A stretch of 64,000 nucleotides of DNA from a virus (lineage: Duplodnaviria > Heunggongvirae > Uroviricota > Caudoviricetes). Under the pieces are notes generated by a model. The model was not told where the DNA came from, searched no databases, and worked only from the letters and a program-made list of their open reading frames with translations. The stretch lies in IMG/VR virus record IMGVR_UViG_3300010409_000003, one strand, 5' to 3'. A program made the translations under genes and the position numbers. Of the stretch, positions 17,420-26,530 are shown in pieces. Each line of letters begins with the position of its first letter. The stretch's first letter is position 1.

Positions 17420-19233
17420 AGAATTTACCAATCAAGGTAGGCAGACAGGTACACTTAAACAGGACAAAACTAGGTAGTACACCTCAGTATAAAGACTACA
17501 GATTGCTACTGTTGTATACAAACCCTTAGTTGTTGGTATAAGGCACACTATAAGCTTGCAATACTAAGCTGTAAGAGATAGTAGGAGGCTAGTATAAGTG
17601 TTGTTATAAGGGGGTTAACTAAGTATCAACTAAGTAGCTACTGTTTCTATATGACTGTGTTGTATACTAGAGGATGCTATTTAGTGTTGTGTTCTAGTGT
17701 TATAACCTAGTATGTCAAGTATAAGTGGTAGTATAAGGAGAGACTAAACTAGTTAGTGTAATTAGTTTATACAACTTTAGTTACTACTGTTTACAGTGAC
17801 CTATTGTATATAGAATATAAGTAGTTAATATAAGATAGATAAATATAAGGTACGGTATAAGTTAGTATACTTAGTTGGTCTAACTAGGTTGCTACTGTTG
17901 TATAAGGCTTAAGATAGTTTATATAAGTTATTCTAATGATAGTTGTAAGTATTTAAGTTTTACTAATATAAGCTATTAACCTAGTAGGTGTTTAACAATT
18001 CCCAATTTCCCTTATAAACTACTATAAATTCCCCCATATAAAGCACATCCTACTCTTTACCCTCCATTTTCCCCTATTAAATACTCCCTATTTAGCCTTT
18101 TAATACTATACCCTACCCATTACCTTAGTTTTATCTAAAGTCCTCTTAGAATGGCTCCTAGTGGCTCCTACTCTATGTTGTAGCTATAAACTATACCAAT
18201 ATAAACTTGTCCTATAAGGGGGTAATATAAGTTGAGGCTAATTAGGAGGTGAACTAGGCATAAATATAAGTTTTGTACTATAAGCTTGTATAATATAAAT
18301 AAGCCAATATAAGGCTATTAAATAGGAAAGTGTACCTAGGGTATAGCTAACTAGTTTAAGTGGCTTAGAATGGCTAATATAAGCTTAGAATAGTATAAGT
18401 AGGTTAAGTATAAGAGGTATAATATAAGAGGGCTATACTGATATTTTAGAATTACTAGAGGAATATAAAGAGGGGGAGTGGAGTGGTTAAACACCTCAAT
18501 TATAAAATACCTTAAATATAACTAAAGGTAGTCTACTCTTCCCTCAATACAACAGTAGCAACCTTAGTAGTCAACTAGTTAGTATAATATAAATTACAAT
18601 TATAAATTAGTCACTTAAGTCTACCTACCATAGTAGTCCTCTATAAACTTGCATCTATAAATCTAACACTATTTACATACAACAGTAGCAACTAAGGTAG
18701 TAAACTATAGTAGTCAATCTGTCATGCTAACAGAGTATAATCAGAGACAGTCTATAAGAAGTTTATCTTAATTCTAGTATACAATTTGTTACCTATAACG
18801 TATCATTTTGTCTACCTAATTAGTGTTGTAATAGTTCGGAACGAACAGTGGCAAATTGAGGCTATAAATATAAAATATTACCTCTATAAACTTGTTCATC
18901 ATGTCTTGATATTTTAGTATATAAGCTGTATTAATAATCTTATGAAAACAGGCTGTTCATATACAAATTTAGTTGAAATGGATATTAACTGATATTTGTA
19001 CTATATGTCTATTAAGAATAGTGGGTAAGAATACACTGATATTTTAGTATATAAGAATGGCTCTATAAGGCTTTATATCTAGGTAGGCATACATTTGTAT
19101 GTATAATTGATTTAAGTTGATTAGAGAGCTTCTGAGGAGGTTTGAGGGTATATTTGAAGGTAATTTATCTATAAACAGGAAAGTATATAAATAGATATAG
19201 AAATTGGGCATTATTGAATAGAGGGTATAAGAA
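17420..19233. other. 1.8-kb ORF-free repeat-dense region (candidate replication origin, genome terminus or ncRNA locus)
   Basis: No ORF of 60 aa or more on either strand. The iteron GTTGCTACTGTTGTAT occurs at about 17503 and 17890 (plus) and 18550 and 18682 (minus). There are about 20 (A)ATATAAG(G) elements between 17547 and 18430. The stretch 18000-18130 has almost no G and 18180-18480 has almost no C. CTGATATTTTAGTATATAAG occurs three times (18441, 18907, 19036). Confidence 0.6.
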
Positions 19234-19267
19234 AAGACACTAATATTTAATGTAGTGTCTTTATATT
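19234..19267. terminator. bidirectional hairpin terminator at the end of the leftward block
   Basis: AAGACACTAatatttaatgTAGTGTCTT with T/A-rich flanks on both strands. Confidence 0.55.
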
Positions 19268-19277
19268 AAATTAATCA

Positions 19278-19869
19278 TTAAGAATACTCATGATTCTCTG
19301 GTAATGTTATTCTTGCAAACACTCTATGTATATCTCTGCCTACAGGTAATGACTCATGTATAAAATGGTTGTTGCCGTAGTAAACCTTATTAGCTTTTAG
19401 TAGATGTGGCGTATCTAATTTAATATGCCTACAATCACCACCTACTTTAGGTAAGCCCTTATATTCACCTTGCCAACCTAAACAGCTGGCGTAATTAGTA
19501 GCTAATATAATGCCACCTTTAGGATTCACATACTGCCTATTATGTTCATCAGTATTTATTGCTGCACCATTCTCACCTACCTTCCAACCATTTCCACCGC
19601 CCCCCTCCAAACGACATATTTACGGGTTCATAGTTCCCGTCTGTATGTGGGGAAGGTCTTCTTAGGGTGTTACCACTTTTAAGTGTCTTTCCATGTATAG
19701 TAAAGAATGCCGTACCTTTACCTATTACACCTTGTAACATAGTACTCACAGTTTCTACGAATTCGCTAGGTAGACCTTCTAGTGTTTCTAAGTCAAAAGG
19801 TAACATACTTAACTCCTTATTGATGAACGGTAACTCTATATCATTAGTTTCTTTAAATGTACTAATCAT
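19278..19869 (-). pseudogene. AlkB-like Fe(II)/2-oxoglutarate dioxygenase split into two frames at a G6 homopolymer (frameshift, sequencing error or recoding)
   Basis: ORFs 19573..19869 and 19278..19610 overlap at ...FGGGRW / (L)EGGGGNGW on the run GGAGGGGGGCGG (minus strand, about 19593-19604). Deleting one G gives one protein of about 197 aa with HTDG (HxD) ... HFIHESLPVGRDIHRVFARIT, which aligns to AlkB YHGIQPL...RYNLTFR. Confidence 0.5.
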
Positions 19870-19883
19870 TAATCTCCTCCCTA

Positions 19884-20234
19884 TTAAATTCCAAATTCAT
19901 TATCAATAATCTCATAACCATTTGTAAATATATTATCTAGAATACGGTACATTCCTGCTACAGTATCAAGTAAATCACCTACATAATATTTCTGTGTAGG
20001 TAATCGGCAACTATTAGGGTAGTACTTTAGTAGTTCATTATAGTCCTCCATACTATCTAAGTCTTCTATTGGGGTGCAATCAAAACATAATGCAAATATC
20101 TTATTATCTTCTAAATATTGTGGTGTGTACCTATCTAGTAGAAATTTATTAGTTTTAAATACTACTACTTTTGGTAAGTAAGATCTATTATAATCTGAGT
20201 TGTCTACTACAACCTTCTCTATAGTTGGTAGCAT
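19884..20234 (-). CDS. hypothetical protein
   Basis: 116-aa ORF. Confidence 0.45.
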   Translation of the reverse strand: MLPTIEKVVVDNSDYNRSYLPKVVVFKTNKFLLDRYTPQYLEDNKIFALCFDCTPIEDLDSMEDYNELLKYYPNSCRLPTQKYYVGDLLDTVAGMYRILDNIFTNGYEIIDNEFGI

Positions 20235-20246
20235 TATACACCCTCT

Positions 20247-20525
20247 TTAATTAATATTAATAATGAGCTTATCATCAATAGTTAGACGTACTATACAACT
20301 TTGTGATAAGCTACTAATACTTTCTTCATAGTCAAAGGTATAAGCACCAAAATAGTCTTCTAGTATTTCACACCTCACAACACTCCCTTTGAACTCACCA
20401 CGATAAAATAACTTACCTTTCTCCATACTACTAAATTGTAATATTGTATCTTGTAATTCACTATTACCATGTTCCATAAACTCTTGCCAACTTTTATGTA
20501 CTGTCATTATCCTCTCCCTTATCAA
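20247..20525 (-). CDS. hypothetical protein
   Basis: 92-aa ORF. Confidence 0.45.
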   Translation of the reverse strand: MIRERIMTVHKSWQEFMEHGNSELQDTILQFSSMEKGKLFYRGEFKGSVVRCEILEDYFGAYTFDYEESISSLSQSCIVRLTIDDKLIININ

Positions 20526-20832
20526 AATCTGGTATATAGTGTTCAGCTATAAATTTATATACTGCCAACACTCTACAGTTTTCTTCTACGTATCCATCTT
20601 TACCTTCAACACTAACTTTATGAGTTGCCTGTTCGTCTTCACCTTCTATATATTCTACATTAAGGTTGTAACGTCTAATAAATGCATCACACATATAAGG
20701 CTTAATACAAGCACCTATACGTTCTAGTATGTGATGGTATGTACTTATCTCAAAACTATTAAGCTCTCTGTGTAGAGTGTGTATATAGTGGTTAGCTTCT
20801 GCTTGGTTAACTAGTTTGTTCATTAGATACAC
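20494..20832 (-). CDS. hypothetical protein (paralog of 22522..22830)
   Basis: 112 aa. Shares the N-terminal QAEAN.Y motif and a C-terminal VY.F.A.H motif with the 22522 ORF. Confidence 0.45.
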   Translation of the reverse strand: MYLMNKLVNQAEANHYIHTLHRELNSFEISTYHHILERIGACIKPYMCDAFIRRYNLNVEYIEGEDEQATHKVSVEGKDGYVEENCRVLAVYKFIAEHYIPDFDKGEDNDST

Positions 20833-21941
20833 TCACTATTTAATTTATCTAAGTAATACTGTCTAGCTAAGTCAGAGACCTTCTTACCTACATCTTTCAT
20901 TGTTAACTTAGACTCTTCTAGGGTATCTCCCTCTTCTTTATTTATATCACGATTAACCCAACCAATATAATTACCTATGTTTTTCTGGTCTAACCCTACT
21001 TCATCAACACCTTGTTGTAACCTATTATCAGTCACAGCGTAATCTACAAAAGATTTAATACTATTTAATTTCTCAGGACATACAGCAGCTACAGATTTAA
21101 CTTTAGATACTGAGTGCTTCTTACCTTTAGTCTTAAACCAATTACCACTGTCATAGTAGTACTCTTGTGATAAAGGTGTCCACACTAAACCTTCTCCTAA
21201 GAGTTGCCCCACACCTTCTCCATCTTTTAGGTTTAGTGCTTTGGATACAGGGCAACAGTTTTCTACTTCTTCTGTCAAGCCAACTAGCTTATTTTGAGAA
21301 TACTCAGGTTTGTTAAAGTCTATATTTAATTCTTGATATGGAAAATCTGTAATAGCGTATATACCTGCTTCCTGTGTTAATTCACAAGTTAACTTAGAGC
21401 AAAGTAAAGTATTTAACCAACCTGTTTTATCATCTTGATTAGTCTCTCCTGACTTGATACCAAATATGAAGAATGCCTTATTAGGTAGATAAGAAATACC
21501 TACACCTTTCTGAATACCTTGTCCACACCATTCACCTGAAATCTTAATAGGGAATTTCACATCCCCATAGGATTCCTTAATTTCTTTGTAAGCTCTGTCT
21601 AATATAACTTTGACGTTATCTAGTTTACGAATCATAGATTGTGCAAATTCAGCATTATCTTTATGTACCATTGAGTTATCAAATTCATCTACTTCAGCTA
21701 GTAAATTATTCTTACTATGAAAGGTAATACTCATATCTTCATGTAAAATAATACTCCCATTAGTCCCATGTAACTTAGTTGTACCTATGTAAGTCACTGT
21801 AGGTGCTTTTTTAGATAAGTCAAAAATAGGTTTCTGTGTTACTTCATCATACCCTATATAACGAGAAGAATGTCGTATATTCTTAACTACGTTACGAAAT
21901 TGACCTGTACTATGAAATTTAATATTTTTATCTGTCATCAT
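20823..21941 (-). CDS. RNA ligase, Rnl2-like nucleotidyltransferase
   Basis: 372 aa. IGTTKLHGTNGS matches the Rnl2-family motif I KxHGTN (lysine adenylation site). Downstream EGLVWTP is motif-IV-like. Confidence 0.6.
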   Translation of the reverse strand: MMTDKNIKFHSTGQFRNVVKNIRHSSRYIGYDEVTQKPIFDLSKKAPTVTYIGTTKLHGTNGSIILHEDMSITFHSKNNLLAEVDEFDNSMVHKDNAEFAQSMIRKLDNVKVILDRAYKEIKESYGDVKFPIKISGEWCGQGIQKGVGISYLPNKAFFIFGIKSGETNQDDKTGWLNTLLCSKLTCELTQEAGIYAITDFPYQELNIDFNKPEYSQNKLVGLTEEVENCCPVSKALNLKDGEGVGQLLGEGLVWTPLSQEYYYDSGNWFKTKGKKHSVSKVKSVAAVCPEKLNSIKSFVDYAVTDNRLQQGVDEVGLDQKNIGNYIGWVNRDINKEEGDTLEESKLTMKDVGKKVSDLARQYYLDKLNSECI

Positions 21942-21978
21942 TTATTCTCCTTTAATTTACGTTATAACGATCTACTGA

Positions 21979-22209
21979 CTATCGACGAGAACTGCTTTCA
22001 TCTTTCTCTGTTTGAATCCCTTTATAGAACGCCTCTTTAATCGCGTAAGAGAAAAGCTTTCTCATATTATCTATTTCGGCACATATTCTTTGGTCTGGCT
22101 CATTCAATGCTTGATATTTTATTTTTACGCATAAATCTCGCATTTTATCAAATTGGTCTTTATCCATCACAGGGTTATATTTAACCTCTACCGATCTGTT
22201 GATTTCCAT
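21979..22209 (-). CDS. hypothetical protein
   Basis: 76-aa ORF. Confidence 0.4.
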   Translation of the reverse strand: MEINRSVEVKYNPVMDKDQFDKMRDLCVKIKYQALNEPDQRICAEIDNMRKLFSYAIKEAFYKGIQTEKDESSSRR

Positions 22210-22216
22210 AATTACC

Positions 22217-22522
22217 TCACTTATATTTATTGTAAACTAACTTAGTAAAACATCTGTGTCCTTCAATTCTTTCTACCTCACTAAAACCTAATGCAGTTAG
22301 CATCTTATGTCCTTCTGACCAGTACGTTGACTCTTCCTGTGAGCATAAATATAGAGCTTTCACATATATACTTAGATTACGTTCACCTAGTTGATTCAAA
22401 TCTTCATCAGGTATCTTGTAAAGTTCATAGCTACGTAGAATACGGTTAAGTTGTACGGGCAGTATAACTATCCCATATGTAAGGCATCTTTTTATTAAGC
22501 ATGGTAAGTCATTCTCTGTCAT
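22217..22522 (-). CDS. hypothetical protein
   Basis: 101-aa ORF. Confidence 0.45.
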   Translation of the reverse strand: MTENDLPCLIKRCLTYGIVILPVQLNRILRSYELYKIPDEDLNQLGERNLSIYVKALYLCSQEESTYWSEGHKMLTALGFSEVERIEGHRCFTKLVYNKYK

Positions 22523-22830
22523 TATAATTCTTCCTTACAGTGAGTAGCAACAAATTCATAAACTGTTTGCTCTAAACACTCACCAATTATAATCTCACCT
22601 ACCCTACTTACCACAATTTTCCCTGTGTTTTCACAGTGGTTTATATTTAGTTTATATTCTTCTATAAAGGTTAACACTCTAGTGAATTCTGTATTGTTTA
22701 CTAGAGTTCCATTTAGTATATCATCATAGACACCTTTATAGAAACCTTCTACCTTACAACCTACTTTCTTTTTACAATATACATAATAGTTAGCTTCTGC
22801 TTGTCTAATTGTGTTACTTACATCTGTCAT
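22522..22830 (-). CDS. hypothetical protein (paralog of 20494..20832)
   Basis: 102 aa. The conserved SD context TAAATTAAAGGAGAATAAATG is shared with 21941 and 36866. Confidence 0.45.
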   Translation of the reverse strand: MTDVSNTIRQAEANYYVYCKKKVGCKVEGFYKGVYDDILNGTLVNNTEFTRVLTFIEEYKLNINHCENTGKIVVSRVGEIIIGECLEQTVYEFVATHCKEEL

Positions 22831-22941
22831 TATTTATTCTCCTTTAATTTATTAAGTGTAGCTACTATACAGGCCTTCAAAACAGAAGTCAACACTTAAT
22901 TAGCCAAATTAAGCTAATTATTTAATATTAGCCATAATAGG

Positions 22942-23298
22942 CTAACAACAATTATCTTTATACCACTTATCAACATTAGTACTAACTATTTCGTGTGAAC
23001 ATACATTGGCTACTACATCAGCATCAACCCCTCCATAGTAGTCTTTGTAATATGATATTTCTATGTTAATTACAGTTTTGTAAACTAAACCCCCTTTATA
23101 GTCAGTGTCGTAAGACTGTATATCACTAAAAGCCTCTAGGGTTAAATAACAATTTACATCATCACTAAAGTCATAAGTAGTCTTTGGTTTATATTGTATT
23201 TCTATTTGTAAATCCTCTAAGCTCTCGTCATCTAACTTATGATGCCAGAGTATAAAACTAAACTCATAAGTATCAGTTTCGTTATTATTATTAAACAT
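22942..23298 (-). CDS. hypothetical protein
   Basis: 118-aa ORF. Confidence 0.45.
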   Translation of the reverse strand: MFNNNNETDTYEFSFILWHHKLDDESLEDLQIEIQYKPKTTYDFSDDVNCYLTLEAFSDIQSYDTDYKGGLVYKTVINIEISYYKDYYGGVDADVVANVCSHEIVSTNVDKWYKDNCC

Positions 23299-23311
23299 TG
23301 TTTACCTCCTG

Positions 23312-23590
23312 CTAAAACAATTCTGGATTAGTCTTCATTACAGCCTCTTTCAAACCTGCTATACCACATAATGAAAACCCTGTACTTCCATCCCAATCTT
23401 TAAACCACCTGTCATACCTAATATCAAACTTATATCCATGTTCCTCTTGTAGTTGCTTTAATTCAGCAGCCCAAGCATCCCACTGACCATCATTGATAAC
23501 TGTATGCCCTAATATGTAATAAATATAGCTATGATGTGCTAACATTATCCTAAGTTGTTGTACTCTTTCGGTTATAGGTTTAGTTACCAT
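23312..23590 (-). CDS. small protein resembling domain Ia (N-terminal NAD/NMN-binding helical domain) of NAD-dependent DNA ligase LigA
   Basis: 92 aa. ITERVQQLRIMLAHHSYIYYILGHTVINDGQWDAWAAELKQLQEEHG parallels LigA [49 protein letters not shown]. No adenylation domain follows. Confidence 0.4.
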   Translation of the reverse strand: MVTKPITERVQQLRIMLAHHSYIYYILGHTVINDGQWDAWAAELKQLQEEHGYKFDIRYDRWFKDWDGSTGFSLCGIAGLKEAVMKTNPELF

Positions 23591-23888
23591 TTAAAGCTTC
23601 CTCTAAAGCCTTTTTAAAATAAAATCTACTGTTATTATACTTTAATTCAAATTGGTAACTACCATCACCTTCTTTAGTGGCAGTAAATACGTCATCATTA
23701 ATGTACAAGTGTTCTTTCTCTATAGTGTAAACATAACCGTCTACGGCTACAACATTAGGACAATGAGTGTCAAAATAGTCAGTAATATCCTCTATCAAAC
23801 TCCTGTAGTAATCATTAATATCAATATAATCTTCTATTGTTTTACCTGTAGGTATTAATTTACCTTTAACGTGTTCTATGTTATTCAT
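23580..23888 (-). CDS. hypothetical protein (tandem paralog of 24081..24401)
   Basis: 102 aa. H(V/I)(K/R)GKL(I/R)PTGKTIE(D/E)Y and C-terminal ALEEAL are shared with the 24081 ORF. Confidence 0.5.
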   Translation of the reverse strand: MNNIEHVKGKLIPTGKTIEDYIDINDYYRSLIEDITDYFDTHCPNVVAVDGYVYTIEKEHLYINDDVFTATKEGDGSYQFELKYNNSRFYFKKALEEALNGN

Positions 23889-23907
23889 TAGTAGTCTCCT
23901 TTATTTG

Positions 23908-24099
23908 TTATAACTCATTATCAATAAAATAGTCAAGTAATTCTTCTAAATCTTCAGATTCTTCACTAGTCATGCTACCTTGCTCAATTAGGTATAGTAC
24001 AAACAAAGTAGCACCTTGTACTTTTAAACTTTTATCTCTAACTTCTCTGTTACAAGTAGTGCCGCAACATATTTCATCAATCATGTACACTCCTTGCAA
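23908..24099 (-). CDS. hypothetical protein
   Basis: 63-aa ORF between the two paralogs. Confidence 0.35.
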   Translation of the reverse strand: MQGVYMIDEICCGTTCNREVRDKSLKVQGATLFVLYLIEQGSMTSEESEDLEELLDYFIDNEL

Positions 24100-24401
24100 T
24101 TTTCTAGTGCTTCTTCTAATGCTTCCTCAAAACCACAACCTCCATTGTAATATTTAATTTCAAAGGTATAACTTCCGTCCTCTCCTTTAATAGAATTAAA
24201 TATATCCCCATAAGGTTCTATATTTTCACTTACTATAGTGTAAACTAACCCCTCAACTTCTGTAGCAACTCTATAAAAGTTTTCTCTAAAGTACTCATCT
24301 ATAGTACTATATGGGTAAGATAATTCAATATCCCCTACATACTCTTCTATAGTTTTACCCGTAGGTCTTAATTTACCTCTGATATGCTCTACTTCACTCA
24401 T
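24081..24401 (-). CDS. hypothetical protein (tandem paralog of 23580..23888)
   Basis: 106-aa ORF. Confidence 0.5.
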   Translation of the reverse strand: MSEVEHIRGKLRPTGKTIEEYVGDIELSYPYSTIDEYFRENFYRVATEVEGLVYTIVSENIEPYGDIFNSIKGEDGSYTFEIKYYNGGCGFEEALEEALENCKECT

Positions 24402-24404
24402 AAC

Positions 24405-25637
24405 CTACTCCTCCAAAATTTCATAAAATTTCTGTACTTCTTTCTTAATAATAATATTACGCTTAGTTATCTTCCTAACCACACGTAATCGTCTTAAATC
24501 TCTTAATCTAGATAATGCCACATATAATTGCCCATGTCCAAAACAACCTTTGCCAATATCCAAAGCAACATCGTCTAGTGTGGCTCCTTGTACTTTATGT
24601 ATTGTAGTGGCGTACCCTAACATCAGAGGTACTTGTGTAAATGTAGCTGTTGTTTTCTTAGACACACCTACTATAGCTTTCTGGTATTTAAAAGATTCCC
24701 ATTTGTGTTCTTCAACTTCAACTACACCTCCTTTATCTAATTGTACCTTAACTGGGTATGAGGTATCTAGTACAACTCCTGTGGAGCCATTTACATAGCC
24801 ATCACCATTAGCACATATAACAACTCTACACCCTACTTTAATATTAAGGGATGCTTCTACAGGAGGTTGTGGGAACTCAGAGGCTTTACCGTCAATAGTA
24901 GCTTCGTAAGTGTGTTCTCTTCCTTCTAGTTTAGAATACCAATAGTTATTAATCCTGTTAGTATCTTTCTTAAATGTACAAATATGTAGTATATTATTAT
25001 CATTAGAGCTATAAGGTAAAGATTCTTCTTGTATCAAGTTAAGAGCTTTCATTGCCTTATCTGTACCTCTTCTGATTGCATTAAGCATAGCTACTTGACG
25101 TTTATCATCTTGTCTCCATACTTTCTTTAATTGTACAACTTCGAAGTCCCAACAATTAGATTTAAAACAGAATGGACTATCGTAGTAATCATAATATAAA
25201 TCTTCTTCCTCTTGTGTAACTACAGGTTCAATTTGAAAGAAGTCACCTAGTACAATTACTTGTAGTCCCCCGAATGGCAATGTATTACCTTTAACAAGTT
25301 GTAACTTAGTGTCAATCAAGTCTAAAGTATCAGCACGACACATCCCTATTTCATCAAGTACCACCTTAGTAGGTGGATTGTTACCTTTGAATAAGTTAGC
25401 TAAGTTAACGCTAACACTTTCACAATCCTTAGCTGTGGGAAAACCATGTGGTAATCCAAATAGAGCATGAAATGTCATACCACCTATATTTAAAGCTGCC
25501 GCACCTGTTGGCGCTGCTAATAGTGTTCTATCATCTACAATTTCTTTAATGAAAGTTGACTTACCTGTTCCACCACCTCCAAGAATACATACATTCTCTC
25601 CTGCTGCAACTAGTTCTTTAGCTATTTCGATTGACAT
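24405..25637 (-). CDS. SF1B DNA helicase, Dda/RecD/Pif1-like
   Basis: 410 aa. Walker A ILGGGGTGKST, APTGAAALNIGGMTFHALFGL and C-terminal ATTIHKVQGATLDDVAL are the Dda/RecD-type helicase motifs. Confidence 0.75.
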   Translation of the reverse strand: MSIEIAKELVAAGENVCILGGGGTGKSTFIKEIVDDRTLLAAPTGAAALNIGGMTFHALFGLPHGFPTAKDCESVSVNLANLFKGNNPPTKVVLDEIGMCRADTLDLIDTKLQLVKGNTLPFGGLQVIVLGDFFQIEPVVTQEEEDLYYDYYDSPFCFKSNCWDFEVVQLKKVWRQDDKRQVAMLNAIRRGTDKAMKALNLIQEESLPYSSNDNNILHICTFKKDTNRINNYWYSKLEGREHTYEATIDGKASEFPQPPVEASLNIKVGCRVVICANGDGYVNGSTGVVLDTSYPVKVQLDKGGVVEVEEHKWESFKYQKAIVGVSKKTTATFTQVPLMLGYATTIHKVQGATLDDVALDIGKGCFGHGQLYVALSRLRDLRRLRVVRKITKRNIIIKKEVQKFYEILEE

Positions 25638-25646
25638 TAGTTCTCC

Positions 25647-25820
25647 TTATTCTACGTTAAAGCTTAAAGCTGTGATGCATAGTTCTAACTTTTGTGTACC
25701 ATTAATAGCTTCCATTTGAGTTAACTTACCATAAGATGTACTGCTATATTTATTAATAAAATCTAGGAAAGCTTTTTCTATCTCCCCTTCACTTAACGTA
25801 ACCCTACTTTGTATTTCCAT
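25647..25820 (-). CDS. hypothetical small protein (about 57 aa)
   Basis: Manual find on the minus strand: MEIQSRVTLSEGEIEKAF... It fills the gap between the helicase and the 25820 ORF. Coordinates are approximate. Confidence 0.25.
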   Translation of the reverse strand: MEIQSRVTLSEGEIEKAFLDFINKYSSTSYGKLTQMEAINGTQKLELCITALSFNVE

Positions 25821-26116
25821 TACTCACTCTCCTCTACTATTTCCCATGTAACACCTAAAGCTTCTAACATCGCACCTACATAAGTATTTACTTCTTCATA
25901 ATCATCTAAGTGTTCTGGTATATGATAACCTAAATAATCATAAATCTCAATAGGTATATCATTTATATCAGATACACTACCAGATTGCTTGGCTATAGAT
26001 TCATCTTCAAAGTTATAGTATGTGTAATCTTGATTATCACAGCAGTCGCACCCAATATTGTACCAAGCTGAATGTTCATATAATCTAAAATGTTTAATCA
26101 TTATTGTTCTCCTCAA
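25820..26116 (-). CDS. hypothetical protein
   Basis: 98-aa ORF. Confidence 0.45.
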   Translation of the reverse strand: MRRTIMIKHFRLYEHSAWYNIGCDCCDNQDYTYYNFEDESIAKQSGSVSDINDIPIEIYDYLGYHIPEHLDDYEEVNTYVGAMLEALGVTWEIVEESE

Positions 26117-26229
26117 AGTTTAGTATTAGCTTTTCAATCATTACATTAAGCTGTGAATAAGGTAGTTCACCTTTATTATATAAGTCAATATAGTCTTGTA
26201 TTGTCATTGTAAACTACCTCTTATTTAGA

Positions 26230-26511
26230 TTACTTAACTAACCAAGTTAATTTCTTAATAGTTACAGGTTCTAATTTAACTTCACTACCTGTACGCTCTA
26301 AAATACCTTTGTTATTAAATTTAACACGTTTAATATTGTGCTCTGCTATCATACCTTTGATATCATTTTCTACAATCAAAGATTGAATAGTAATTGCATT
26401 ATCATCACTAGTTACTATGCCCTTAAATTCTGCTACCACTGATTCTTCAGTAGGTAAATTAGTATCTTGGTCTAGTAAGTAAAAGTCTTGTACTGTAATT
26501 GTGTTGCTCAT
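26230..26511 (-). CDS. hypothetical protein
   Basis: 93-aa ORF. Confidence 0.45.
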   Translation of the reverse strand: MSNTITVQDFYLLDQDTNLPTEESVVAEFKGIVTSDDNAITIQSLIVENDIKGMIAEHNIKRVKFNNKGILERTGSEVKLEPVTIKKLTWLVK

Positions 26512-26530
26512 AATTATTCTCCTATTTAGT

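Noticed and set aside
17420-19270. Possible CRISPR array, given the many short repeats
   Set aside because: The repeats are degenerate (TATAAG cores), irregularly spaced at 10-30 bp, occur in both orientations and have no constant-length spacers. No cas genes are nearby.
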